Positions 52,264 through 61,635 of a DNA stretch of 64,000 nt are shown here, one piece after another. The stretch is from an uncultured Nitrospiraceae bacterium (GTDB lineage: Bacteria > Nitrospirota > Nitrospiria > Nitrospirales > Nitrospiraceae): NCBI GenBank assembly GCA_963706325.1, contig CAVPLT010000001.1, forward strand, positions 736,001 through 800,000, in the 5' to 3' direction. The notes under the pieces were generated by a model. It searched no databases, had not been told where the DNA came from, and saw only the letters and a list, made by a program, of their open reading frames with translations. The translations under genes and the position numbers were made by a program. The first letter of the stretch is position 1, and each line of letters begins with the position of its first letter.

Positions 52264-52986
52264 GTGAAAGAAGAGCAGAAATCTGCTGCGCGCCCCTCTG
52301 ACGAGGAACTCAAAGCGCGGAGTGATTCGTTCGAGGCGAAGCAGCCCTGGGACGTGCTGGAATACGCGCTCACGACCTATTCGCAACGGATTGTGCTTGC
52401 CTGCAGCTTTGGGGCAGAAGACGTGGCGCTGGTGGACATGATGCATCGTCTCGACCCGACTGCGCCGCTTTTTTACTTGGATACGGATTTTCTCTTTCCT
52501 GAAACGATTGATGTTCGCGATCGCATTATTGCGCATTATAATTTGAAGCCTGCGCAAGTCATTCAGATGAAATCGTTGGTGACGCCGGATCAGCAAGCCG
52601 TGCAGTACGGGCCGGCGCTTTGGGCAAGCAAGCCCGACCAGTGCTGTGAACTGAGGAAGCTCGAGCCACTCAGCCGCATCCTTGCGGACTACACAGCATG
52701 GATTACCGGAATCAGGCGCGACCAAGCTCCGACGCGAGCGAATGCTGGGCTCATCGAATGGGACCGGAAATTCAACCTGGTCAAAGTGAATCCCCTGGCC
52801 CGATGGAGCAGTGAAGAAGTCTGGATGTACCTCCAACTCCACGAAGTGCCCTATAACACCCTGCACGACCGCAATTATCCCAGCATCGGTTGCACGCATT
52901 GCACCGCGCCCGTCCTTCCGGGAGACGATCCTCGCTCGGGTCGGTGGAAGAACTTCGGCAAGACCGAGTGCGGATTGCACAAATAA
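52264..52986 (+). CDS. cysH: APS/PAPS reductase, [4Fe-4S] APS-type
   Basis: SFGAED, LDTDFLF, CCELRK, YPSIGCTHCT, RSGRW, ECGLH. Confidence 0.93.
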   Translation: MKEEQKSAARPSDEELKARSDSFEAKQPWDVLEYALTTYSQRIVLACSFGAEDVALVDMMHRLDPTAPLFYLDTDFLFPETIDVRDRIIAHYNLKPAQVIQMKSLVTPDQQAVQYGPALWASKPDQCCELRKLEPLSRILADYTAWITGIRRDQAPTRANAGLIEWDRKFNLVKVNPLARWSSEEVWMYLQLHEVPYNTLHDRNYPSIGCTHCTAPVLPGDDPRSGRWKNFGKTECGLHK

Positions 52987-53028
52987 TTTCATCGTCATCC
53001 TGAAATCAGACAAGGTTATTACCATCAC

Positions 53029-54096
53029 ATGCAACATCTGCTCGCCAAAGTCGCCAAGGGCCAGAAAACATCGAAAGATCTCACGTGGGAAGAAGCCAAG
53101 CAGGCCATGCGGCTGATGATCGAAGGGACTGCCACGCCCGCGCAAATTGGTGCCTTTCTCATCGCCATGCGCTTCAAGTCTGAGTCCGTCACGGAATTGG
53201 CCGCCTTCACCGCCACGGCTCGGCAATATGTTCCTCCTGTGCCGGTGCGCGCCGGCCTTGGGGTAGTTGATGTGCCCGTCTATGCCGGCAAGCGGGAAAC
53301 GTTTCACGCGATCATTCCCGCGGCAATTGTCGCGGCAGCCACCGGGGCGGTGTTGCTGTTGCACGGAGTGGACGGTCCTCCGGATCGACTTGGAATTTCA
53401 TCGGTGCTGAAACTCTTAGGTATTCCGGTCGATAGGACCGCCAAATTGGTCGGGGCTGAACTCGAAAAGAAGGGCTTCGCGTATTTAGACCTGGCATTGT
53501 ATCACCCGCCGGTCAGCCGGTTTCTCGAAATGCGGCAGGAATTGGGGGTGCGAAACTTCTTCCATCCGGTGGCAAGAATGCTGAACCCCGCTCGCGCCAC
53601 CTCGCAGGTGATTGGGCTGTCGCATCCGCCATATTTTGAAAAGACGATTGAGGCGTTGCGCATGTTGAGCTGTCCGCGCGCCTTGGTGATCCGTGGGGTC
53701 GAGGGCGACCCGGAACTCTCGATCGGCAATTCGACACGGTTGCTGGAACTCAAGGAGGAGCGTATTACGCCCTTCACGTTTCAACCGAAAGATGCCGGGT
53801 TGACGATGGCCACCTTTCGTGAGATGGCCGGGTTTCCGGTCGAACAGCGGGAACGAGAAGCGGACCTGATCAAGCGATTATTGGCCAATGAAGTCCAGGG
53901 GGGGCAACGGGATTGGGTACTTCTCAATGCCGCCATGTTGCTGTATGCCTCCGGGAAGGGAACCTCGATTTCCGGAAATCTTGAGATGGCTCGTCGCGCG
54001 CTGGAGTCAGGCCAAGCCAAGACTAAACTGGCCGAATTGGTTGCGGTCTCGGGATCGGAAGCTGGCGCCGTGCAGAAGGTGAGTATGTCTGCGTGA
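53029..54096 (+). CDS. YbiB/TrpD2-like (anthranilate phosphoribosyltransferase fold) protein
   Basis: KDLTWEEA, QIGAFLIAMRFKSES, PVYAGKR, RQELGVRN; no TrpD GTGGD motif. Confidence 0.8.
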   Translation: MQHLLAKVAKGQKTSKDLTWEEAKQAMRLMIEGTATPAQIGAFLIAMRFKSESVTELAAFTATARQYVPPVPVRAGLGVVDVPVYAGKRETFHAIIPAAIVAAATGAVLLLHGVDGPPDRLGISSVLKLLGIPVDRTAKLVGAELEKKGFAYLDLALYHPPVSRFLEMRQELGVRNFFHPVARMLNPARATSQVIGLSHPPYFEKTIEALRMLSCPRALVIRGVEGDPELSIGNSTRLLELKEERITPFTFQPKDAGLTMATFREMAGFPVEQREREADLIKRLLANEVQGGQRDWVLLNAAMLLYASGKGTSISGNLEMARRALESGQAKTKLAELVAVSGSEAGAVQKVSMSA

Positions 54097-54112
54097 ACAA
54101 AGAGTATGAATC

Positions 54113-54910
54113 ATGAAACATTTGCGTCAGCTCGAAGATCAAAGCGTGTACATCCTTCGCGAAGCCTATAAGCATTTCAATCACCTCGCCATGCTCTGGT
54201 CGATGGGGAAAGATTCGACGGTGCTGTTGTGGTTGGCGCGCAAGGCCTTCTTTGGACATGTGCCTTTTCCGCTCCTGCACGTGGATACGAGTTACAAGAT
54301 TCCCGCGATGATCGAATATCGCGACCGCATTGCGCGTGAGTGGCGATTGAATCTGGTGGTGGGACAGAATAAGGCGGCCTTGGCAGCCGGGATGAACCAC
54401 ACGTTGGGGCGGGATGTCTGCTGCACGGCCTTGAAGACCAACGCGATGAAGGATTTAGTCGAAGAGAAAGGCTACACGGGCATTATTCTCGGGGTTCGCG
54501 CCGATGAGGACAGCACCAGGGCAAAGGAGCGGTACTTTTCCCCTCGCGACAAACATGGGGATTGGGATTTCCGCGACCAACCGCCTGAGCTGTGGGACCA
54601 GTTCAAAACCACTTTTCCACCCGGCACGCATATTCGGGTTCATCCCCTCCTCGATTGGACGGAGATCAACATCTGGGAGTACATCAAGTCCGAGAATATT
54701 CCCTTCATGGATCTGTATCTCGATAGAGGGGATGGAACGCGGTATCGCAGCCTAGGCTGCGCACCCTGTACCATGCCCATCAAATCCACAGCCAAGACAG
54801 TCGACGAAATTCTTATAGAACTCCGTGGGAGTCATGTAGCGGAACGGGCAGGGCGCGCACAGGATGCTGGTCGAGGCATGGAAATGCTTCGTAAGAAGGG
54901 CTACATGTGA
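54113..54910 (+). CDS. cysD: Sulfate adenylyltransferase subunit 2
   Basis: [32 protein letters not shown]. Confidence 0.95.
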   Translation: MKHLRQLEDQSVYILREAYKHFNHLAMLWSMGKDSTVLLWLARKAFFGHVPFPLLHVDTSYKIPAMIEYRDRIAREWRLNLVVGQNKAALAAGMNHTLGRDVCCTALKTNAMKDLVEEKGYTGIILGVRADEDSTRAKERYFSPRDKHGDWDFRDQPPELWDQFKTTFPPGTHIRVHPLLDWTEINIWEYIKSENIPFMDLYLDRGDGTRYRSLGCAPCTMPIKSTAKTVDEILIELRGSHVAERAGRAQDAGRGMEMLRKKGYM

Positions 54911-54992
54911 GATTGCTTTCACCGGTCGAACGTCTCCGAGAATCGGAGCCATGCAGAGCAGGAAACTAGGGCGTCATTGAACGAGTAACCAT

Positions 54993-56840
54993 ATGACAGA
55001 CCAGGATCAGGCCAAGCCGCAAGAGAGTCTTAACATCGTCATCGTGGGCCATGTCGATCACGGGAAATCCACATTGGTGGGACGACTTTATGCCGATACG
55101 GGTTCCTTGCCGGAAGGCAAGTTGGAAAAGGTTCAGGCTATTTGCCGCCAACAAGGTAAGGAGTTCGAGTACGCGTTCCTGTTTGACGCATTTTTGGAGG
55201 AACAGGAACAGGGCATTACGATCGACACTGCTAGGACGTTCTTCATCTGGAACGGGCGACAATACATCATTATTGACGCTCCCGGACACAAAGAGTTTTT
55301 GAAGAACATGATCTCCGGCGCCGCCCGTGCAGAAGCCGCGCTGCTGTTGATTGACGCGCTGGAAGGCGTTCGTGAACAATCGAAGAAGCACGGCTATCTG
55401 CTGTCGCTGCTCGGCGTGACGCAGTTTGCAGTCGTCGTCAACAAGATGGATTTGGTTGGTTATCGCCAGGATGTGTTCGACGGCATCGAAAAGGAGTATC
55501 GAGAGTTCCTAGGCCAGTTCGGGGCGGTTCCGCAACAAATGATCCCCGTCAGCGCCAAGCAGGGCGATAACATCGCGCTACGTAGCGGCAACATGAGTTG
55601 GTATCAGGGCCCCACGGTTCTGGAGACCCTGTCCTGCTTCAAAAAAGAACAGGTTCGCTCTGAACAACCGCTGCGGTTTCCGCTTCAGGATGTCTATAAG
55701 TTCGATGCGCGACGTATCTTGGCCGGGCGCATCACAGCCGGTCGTTTGAAGGTGGGGGATCAGTTGGTCTTCTCCCCTTCGAATAAGACGGCGGTGGTAC
55801 AGTCCATTGAAGGCTTCAACGTAGATCCTTTGCCGGTCGAGGCGCAAGCCGGGCAGTCAATCGGGATCACGCTCGACGAGCAAATTTTCGTGGAGCGCGG
55901 AGAAATCGCCTCGCATCGGGATTCGATCCCGTTGGTCTCCACGGCGATTCGCGTGAATTTATTCTGGATGGGAAGGCGGTCCCTTGAAAAGGGCCGGAAG
56001 TATACGTTGCGGCTCGCCACGCGAGAAGCAGTCTGCGAAGTCGCGACCATTCATCGCATTATCGATACTGCCGATCTGGCGCAGCTGCAGGAAAGCCAAT
56101 CGGTCACCAGGAACCAGGTGGCGGAATTGACCTTACGCCTTAAGGCCCCGTTGGCGTTCGATCTGTCGTCATCCTTCGAATCGACAGGGCGATTCGTGCT
56201 GGTCGACGAATACGACATTGCCGGCGGCGGGATTATCACCGAGCTGGTGCACGATGATCAGGAAGGCCTGCGCGAAGAGGCCCGGCAGCGAGAATACGCG
56301 TGGCTGACAGGGGATGTACGGCCAGAGGACCGAGCGATACAGTACGGACACAGGGCCGCTATTGTGCTGTTTACCGGATCGGCACAGACCGGCAAGACGT
56401 TTTTGGCTCGACGAGTGGAGTCGTTGCTGGTCGCCGATAGCCGACACGCATATTTGTTGGAAGGCGAAAACCTGCTGCAGGGATTGGATGCGGATTTATC
56501 CGCCGCCGATCCGTCCTTCGCGGCTGAACGAGTACGGCGGTATGGAGAGGTTGCGAGACTCCTGATCGATACGGGGCTGATTGTCGTGTCGACGAGCAAA
56601 ACCTTTGGCATCAATTATCAACGGATGGCGGACATGATTCGAACCTTGGTCCAGCCGGCTCCTGTCATCGCTGTGCATATGAGCAGGGCCGGCGAAGAGG
56701 CACCCCCCAATACCGACCTGCATTTTGCTGGACCGCAGGATTTTGACGGCGCTGCCCGACAAATTCTTGAAGAACTGAAGCGACGCGGTGTGCTGATCGA
56801 AACCTCAGGAACCAAGTCCACCAGTCAGTATTCAATCTAA
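54993..56840 (+). CDS. cysN: Sulfate adenylyltransferase subunit 1 with degenerate CysC-like C-terminal domain
   Basis: [26 protein letters not shown]-terminal [17 protein letters not shown]. Confidence 0.92.
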   Translation: MTDQDQAKPQESLNIVIVGHVDHGKSTLVGRLYADTGSLPEGKLEKVQAICRQQGKEFEYAFLFDAFLEEQEQGITIDTARTFFIWNGRQYIIIDAPGHKEFLKNMISGAARAEAALLLIDALEGVREQSKKHGYLLSLLGVTQFAVVVNKMDLVGYRQDVFDGIEKEYREFLGQFGAVPQQMIPVSAKQGDNIALRSGNMSWYQGPTVLETLSCFKKEQVRSEQPLRFPLQDVYKFDARRILAGRITAGRLKVGDQLVFSPSNKTAVVQSIEGFNVDPLPVEAQAGQSIGITLDEQIFVERGEIASHRDSIPLVSTAIRVNLFWMGRRSLEKGRKYTLRLATREAVCEVATIHRIIDTADLAQLQESQSVTRNQVAELTLRLKAPLAFDLSSSFESTGRFVLVDEYDIAGGGIITELVHDDQEGLREEARQREYAWLTGDVRPEDRAIQYGHRAAIVLFTGSAQTGKTFLARRVESLLVADSRHAYLLEGENLLQGLDADLSAADPSFAAERVRRYGEVARLLIDTGLIVVSTSKTFGINYQRMADMIRTLVQPAPVIAVHMSRAGEEAPPNTDLHFAGPQDFDGAARQILEELKRRGVLIETSGTKSTSQYSI

Positions 56841-56915
56841 TGCGCGCGCCGGGTTGTTTGACTCCTTCGAAACCCCTGTGGTAGCGTTCGAAATCAACAA
56901 TTTCGAGGGGTTTCC

Positions 56916-57842
56916 ATGACCATTGCGGCCGGCAAGGATCTCAAGTCGATCCTCACGAAGCTTCAGTATTCGGACGATGCCAAAGTCGTTCAGCAGATTA
57001 CTGCGCAGATGAAGCAGGTCCAGGCTCGGATGGCCCGCGTCAAGCAGAAGTTGGTAGTGATGAGCGGCAAGGGCGGAGTCGGGAAGAGCATGACGACCGT
57101 CAATCTCGCGCTGGCACTCGCGCGTCAGGGCGCGAGGGTCGGTTTGCTGGATGTGGATCTGAACGGCCCTTGTGTGCCGAGAATGATGGGGATGCATGGC
57201 CAGTCGCTGACCATGACTCCAGAGGGGGCGCTGCCTCCGGTGGGCCCGCTCGGCATTAAAGTGGCGTCGATGGATTTTTTCCTCGATGATGCCTCGCCGG
57301 TGCGGTGGAAGGGACCGATGGATTTGAGCCCCGTCTGGCTGGGTCTGATGGAAATGAATGTCATTCGAGAATTTCTGGCCGATGTCATCTGGGGTGAGCT
57401 GGACTATCTCCTTGCGGACCTGCCTCCAGGTGCGGCTGCCGATAAACCGCCGGTCATCGCGGGATTCATTCCTGACCTCGCGGGCGCCATCGTCGTGACC
57501 ACGCCGTCTGAAGTCGCTTCTGATGTGGTGCAGAAATCCGTTACCTACGCGCGGGACATGGGGATACGGGTTTTAGGCATCGTTGAAAACATGAGTGAGT
57601 ATCGCTGCCCCTCTTGCGGGGTTGAGAATGAGTTGTTTGAAGGGGATACCGAGGCGATGTGTGAAGTGCTGGACCTGCCGCTGCTTGGGCGTATCCCGTT
57701 CGACCGCAAGTTGGCCAAAACATTTGATAAAGGACAGCCGCTTCTCGACCCTGACTACCCCACGATTCAAAAATATCAGGACATCGTCGGGCGAATTCAA
57801 TCATTGCTGGACTATAAAAAGGTCCTGGCGGAGAACCTGTAA
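56916..57842 (+). CDS. apbC: Mrp/ApbC/NBP35 Fe-S carrier ATPase
   Basis: SGKGGVGKS, WGELDYLLADLPPG, VTTP, GIVENMS, CPSC. Confidence 0.9.
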   Translation: MTIAAGKDLKSILTKLQYSDDAKVVQQITAQMKQVQARMARVKQKLVVMSGKGGVGKSMTTVNLALALARQGARVGLLDVDLNGPCVPRMMGMHGQSLTMTPEGALPPVGPLGIKVASMDFFLDDASPVRWKGPMDLSPVWLGLMEMNVIREFLADVIWGELDYLLADLPPGAAADKPPVIAGFIPDLAGAIVVTTPSEVASDVVQKSVTYARDMGIRVLGIVENMSEYRCPSCGVENELFEGDTEAMCEVLDLPLLGRIPFDRKLAKTFDKGQPLLDPDYPTIQKYQDIVGRIQSLLDYKKVLAENL

Positions 57843-57867
57843 TGCTCCGACCGGGAAGGGAGATTCT

Positions 57868-58620
57868 ATGAAGTTCGTTTGCCTGAACTGCGAGACCTAC
57901 ATGACGTTTCAAAAGGTCGAAAAACCCGGTGAGGGCTCACTCGGTGTCTTTTTCGGCTGCCCATCTTGTGAGGCCAAATTCTCCATGGTGACGAATCCTG
58001 GCGAAACGCAAATGGTGGCGTCACTCGGCGTGAAGCTTGGAGGCCGTACGGAGACGGCTGAGCCGTTCGAAATGACCCGCGGAACTCTGAAAGACGAAGC
58101 GCAGGCCGGCGCAGGGCAAATGGCTGCCTATCTCAATGAAAAAATCCAGGGAGGTCAGTCGGTAGCGGCTGCAGAAAAGCCTAGTACTCCCTCCTCAGGA
58201 GAAAAGACGTCCGGCGGTTGTCCATTCTCTGCCATGGTGGCGGACATGGGATTGACCGCAAGCGGCAAACCACAAAACGGGAACGGCACGAACGAATTCA
58301 CCTGGTCGGCCGATGCCAAGGAAAAACTCGAGCGCCTGCCGTCCTTTGTGAAGCCAATGGTTCAAAGCAGTGTCGAAGCCTATGCCCGCAAGCACGGATA
58401 CAAGAATATTACGCTCCAAGTCATGGATGACTCCAAAAACGATTCTCCCAACGGTGTGCCTTGGACTAAGGATGCCGAGCAGAGGATGGACAACATTCCT
58501 GATTTCATCCGACCAATGGCACGGCGGGAAATTGAGCGGATTGCGAAGGAGCGTGGGCTGACAGAAATCACCGCCCAGGTGATGGACGAGGCCAAAGAGA
58601 AATTCATGAAGTTCATGTAG
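57868..58620 (+). CDS. CxxC...CxxC protein with two C-terminal PCP_red-like repeats
   Basis: CLNC, CPSC, GGCPF; WSADAKEKLERLPSFVKP...ITLQVMD and WTKDAEQRMDNIPDFIRP...ITAQVMD. Confidence 0.82.
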   Translation: MKFVCLNCETYMTFQKVEKPGEGSLGVFFGCPSCEAKFSMVTNPGETQMVASLGVKLGGRTETAEPFEMTRGTLKDEAQAGAGQMAAYLNEKIQGGQSVAAAEKPSTPSSGEKTSGGCPFSAMVADMGLTASGKPQNGNGTNEFTWSADAKEKLERLPSFVKPMVQSSVEAYARKHGYKNITLQVMDDSKNDSPNGVPWTKDAEQRMDNIPDFIRPMARREIERIAKERGLTEITAQVMDEAKEKFMKFM

Positions 58621-58631
58621 CCGACGAATGC

Positions 58632-59468
58632 ATGCGTAAGCCGAGCGTGTGGCCCATCTGGCAGCCCGGATGGGCCGTTCCATTCCCGCCTTTATCTCCA
58701 TCTCGACTGATTCTGTGTCTGAGACTTCTCGGGTTTTGGCTCGTATCGTTGCTCTGTTTTCTCGTCCCGATTTTAATTGCCTCTCCTCTGATCGCCCAGC
58801 CTGCCGAACAAGGCCACTTCAGAGTTCAAGAGCAGCACACCCATCACCATGAAAATGGAACAAGGACGAATTGGGAAGGGTCGGCTAGAGGCATTGCCTA
58901 TTCTGAGTTCAACCATCATTTCGCCGGCGTGTTCATTCTCCTAATTGGCCTGAGCGAAATTCGCCATGCGTTGGGATGGCCCGCTCTTGTGTGGACGAGA
59001 TTCCTGCTTCCAGGCGCATTTACGGTCGGAGGAGTCTTTCTTCTTATCTGGAGTGATCATGATTCCTGGCCGATCGGGTCGTTGACCTTCGCTCAGACGT
59101 TCTTTGGCGATGATCCGGAGATTATTCAGCATAAGATCTATGGGATCCTGGCCTGTGCGGTCGGAACAATTGAATGCCTGCGGCGGCTCGGCTGGTTTGC
59201 CCATGCAGCTTGGACCGTGCCGCTACCGCTCTTTGCCATTGTGGGTGGCGTCATGTTGTTCAACCATTCCCATGGTGACCATTCCGCCGGCTACAAGATA
59301 GCGCTGCATCATGCGATCATGGGGACCATGGCTATTACCGCTGGGTCATCCAAGCTGTTGTCCGGTTGGCGAGGACGGGAACGCCTGAGTGAGCGATCTT
59401 ATTGGGACCTCATGTGGGCATGCCTCGTGGTTCTGATTGGCCTGCAGTTGCTCATTTATTCCGAGTGA
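58632..59468 (+). CDS. His-rich polytopic membrane protein (start uncertain)
   Basis: About 6-7 hydrophobic segments; HTHHH, NHH, QHK, HSHGDH, LHH. Confidence 0.72.
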   Translation: MRKPSVWPIWQPGWAVPFPPLSPSRLILCLRLLGFWLVSLLCFLVPILIASPLIAQPAEQGHFRVQEQHTHHHENGTRTNWEGSARGIAYSEFNHHFAGVFILLIGLSEIRHALGWPALVWTRFLLPGAFTVGGVFLLIWSDHDSWPIGSLTFAQTFFGDDPEIIQHKIYGILACAVGTIECLRRLGWFAHAAWTVPLPLFAIVGGVMLFNHSHGDHSAGYKIALHHAIMGTMAITAGSSKLLSGWRGRERLSERSYWDLMWACLVVLIGLQLLIYSE

Positions 59469-59653
59469 CGTCAGGTCTGTGCCAGGGGTGGTCCTTGTAG
59501 TGAGCCTTTATGGCCCAGCGGTCTGCGACCGGTTCCCGGCTCGTTGCGTTGACACCCCTGTTGGGTCTGTGTTAGCTGTAATTTTCTGGTTTCAGATTAT
59601 GCTGCGTGCCTGAACGGGCCGTGAGTCGGCTAGTCCAGGGAAGAGGAGTCGCC

Positions 59654-60409
59654 ATGGGTGGCCATAGCCATTGGGCAACGATCAAGCGTCATAAGTCGGC
59701 AGTCGATGCGAAGCGTGGTAAAGTGTTTACCCGCATAATCCGCGAGTTGACGATTGCGGCGAGGTCAGGCGGCGATCCAGACGGCAATCCCCGCTTGCGG
59801 TTGGCGATTGCCAAGGCCAAAGAAGCCAACATGCCGGGCGATAATATGAAGAAGGCCATTCAGCGCGGCACAGGGGAACTGCCCGGCGTCACCTATGAAG
59901 AGTTTTCGCTTGAAGGGTACGGTCCCGGAGGAACAGCCGTCTTGATGGAAATTACGTCGGATAACCGTAATCGCACGGTGGCTGAGATCCGCAATTTACT
60001 GACCAAGAACGGCGGCAATATGGCTGAGGCAGGTGCCGTGGCCTGGCAGTTTCACAAAAAAGGTGTCTTGGTGATCGAAAGAGGGAAGGTTGAGGAAGAC
60101 GCTCTCCTCACCATTGCCCTGGAAGCCGGTGCCGAAGATGTCAAGGTAACCGACAAGGCATTCGAAGTGCTCACCAGCCCGCACGATTTTGAGCCCGTTA
60201 AAAAAGCGCTGAGCGACGCGAAAATCGAGTGCACGCTTGCCGAATTGAATTTCATCCCTCAGAATACGATTGCGTTGGAAGAAAGACCGGCCGAACAAAT
60301 GTTGAGGCTTATGGAAATTCTGGACGAACACGAAGACGTGCAGAAGGTTCATGCGAATTTTGACATTTCTGATGAGGTCATGGAGAAGGTCGCCGCCGCC
60401 ACCGCGTAA
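59654..60409 (+). CDS. yebC: YebC/PmpR family protein
   Basis: MGGHSHWATIKRHK, NPRLRLAI, EGYGPGG, DVQKVHAN. Confidence 0.95.
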   Translation: MGGHSHWATIKRHKSAVDAKRGKVFTRIIRELTIAARSGGDPDGNPRLRLAIAKAKEANMPGDNMKKAIQRGTGELPGVTYEEFSLEGYGPGGTAVLMEITSDNRNRTVAEIRNLLTKNGGNMAEAGAVAWQFHKKGVLVIERGKVEEDALLTIALEAGAEDVKVTDKAFEVLTSPHDFEPVKKALSDAKIECTLAELNFIPQNTIALEERPAEQMLRLMEILDEHEDVQKVHANFDISDEVMEKVAAATA

Positions 60410-60490
60410 TCCGGGAGTATCGGCACTGAGTATCGAAGCTCGCGCAACGCATTCAACCGTTCGACATTCTCACTTCTCGCTGCCGATTTC

Positions 60491-61099
60491 ATGATCGCCT
60501 TACTGACAGGCCACTTGGCCTTCAAGGCGCCTTCCCAGGTGACGCTTGATGTCCACGGCGTCGGCTACGAAGTGTTGATTCCCCTCAGTACCTATTACTC
60601 GTTACCCAATCAGCAGGAGCTGGTCACGCTCAGCATTCATACCCACGTGCGTGAAGATGCCATTCAGCTCTTTGGGTTTATGACTACGGCCGAGAAAGAG
60701 GCATTCCTTCTGCTGACAGGGATTTCCGGAATCGGGCCAAAACTGGGTCTCAGCGTCTTGTCTACGCTGTCGGTCCGCGACCTCTCCGCAGCCATTCAGG
60801 CAGGTGACATAGAGAAATTGGGAACGGTCTCCGGCATCGGCAGAAAGTCCGCGGCGAGAATCGCGCTTGAGTTGAAAGACAAAGTGGCGCGACTCCAACC
60901 GGTCGGGGAAGCTACTGAACCGGAGACTAGAGCGGACAGCGATCCTCTCTATGAAGATGCATTGTCGGCCCTCGTCAATCTTGGGTATAGGCTTCCAGAT
61001 GTCAAAGATACACTGAAGAAAATCGAGAAGTCAGGAGCAGCGGCGCAAGGGCTGAAGGATGTGATTCGCGAGGCACTTAAAGATCTTGCCAAGGGGTAA
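60491..61099 (+). CDS. ruvA: Holliday junction DNA-binding subunit
   Basis: DVHGVGYEV, HVREDAIQLFGF, GIGPKLG, ALVNLGY. Confidence 0.96.
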   Translation: MIALLTGHLAFKAPSQVTLDVHGVGYEVLIPLSTYYSLPNQQELVTLSIHTHVREDAIQLFGFMTTAEKEAFLLLTGISGIGPKLGLSVLSTLSVRDLSAAIQAGDIEKLGTVSGIGRKSAARIALELKDKVARLQPVGEATEPETRADSDPLYEDALSALVNLGYRLPDVKDTLKKIEKSGAAAQGLKDVIREALKDLAKG

Positions 61100-61102
61100 T
61101 CC

Positions 61103-61606
61103 ATGACGACAAGCTCTCGTGGAGGATGTACTCGATATCGATTAGGCAGTGCAGTGGGAATCGCGTTCTGCGGATTGCTGTTATGGCTTGGGGCAGCCAG
61201 CCTCCTACATGCAGGTGAAGGAGAGGAGCTCAAGTCCATTCGCAAGACCTGTGGCGCTTGCCCTGACGGGTATGCCACCACAGGCGTGACCAACGCGCCG
61301 GAAATCTGCAAGGATGGCGAGCCGACTTTAGTCCAGTGTGTGCCCTTAGGTGGCAACCTGCTTTCGGTCTGTGGAATATGCCCGGAGGGGTACTCCGAGA
61401 TCGGCCATTCGAACATGCCATCGCGTTGTGGGGCCAAAGAGGGCGGCCTCATGTCGCAGTGTCAGTCTTCGCAGCTGGGGTCCAGCCTGCCCGATCCAAA
61501 TCAAGGTGGGGTGAAGTGCCCACCCGATTGCGGCAGCACGGCAGCTCCTGGTGTCGGGACCGCCCCGCCGCCTCCCAAATTCAGGCCAGCACCGGAACAG
61601 AAATAA
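61103..61606 (+). CDS. Secreted cysteine-rich repeat protein
   Basis: Signal peptide; two CxxCPxGY-x11-C-x9/10-C repeats; Pro-rich tail. Confidence 0.75.
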   Translation: MTTSSRGGCTRYRLGSAVGIAFCGLLLWLGAASLLHAGEGEELKSIRKTCGACPDGYATTGVTNAPEICKDGEPTLVQCVPLGGNLLSVCGICPEGYSEIGHSNMPSRCGAKEGGLMSQCQSSQLGSSLPDPNQGGVKCPPDCGSTAAPGVGTAPPPPKFRPAPEQK

Positions 61607-61635
61607 CATCGCTTGTTGAACCGCCGGACCGCCTC

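Noticed and set aside
52066..53364. Long antisense ORFs (432 aa here; also 13100-13996, 18447-19334 and others)
   Set aside because: Shadow frames opposite well-supported genes in GC-rich DNA, with no recognisable motifs
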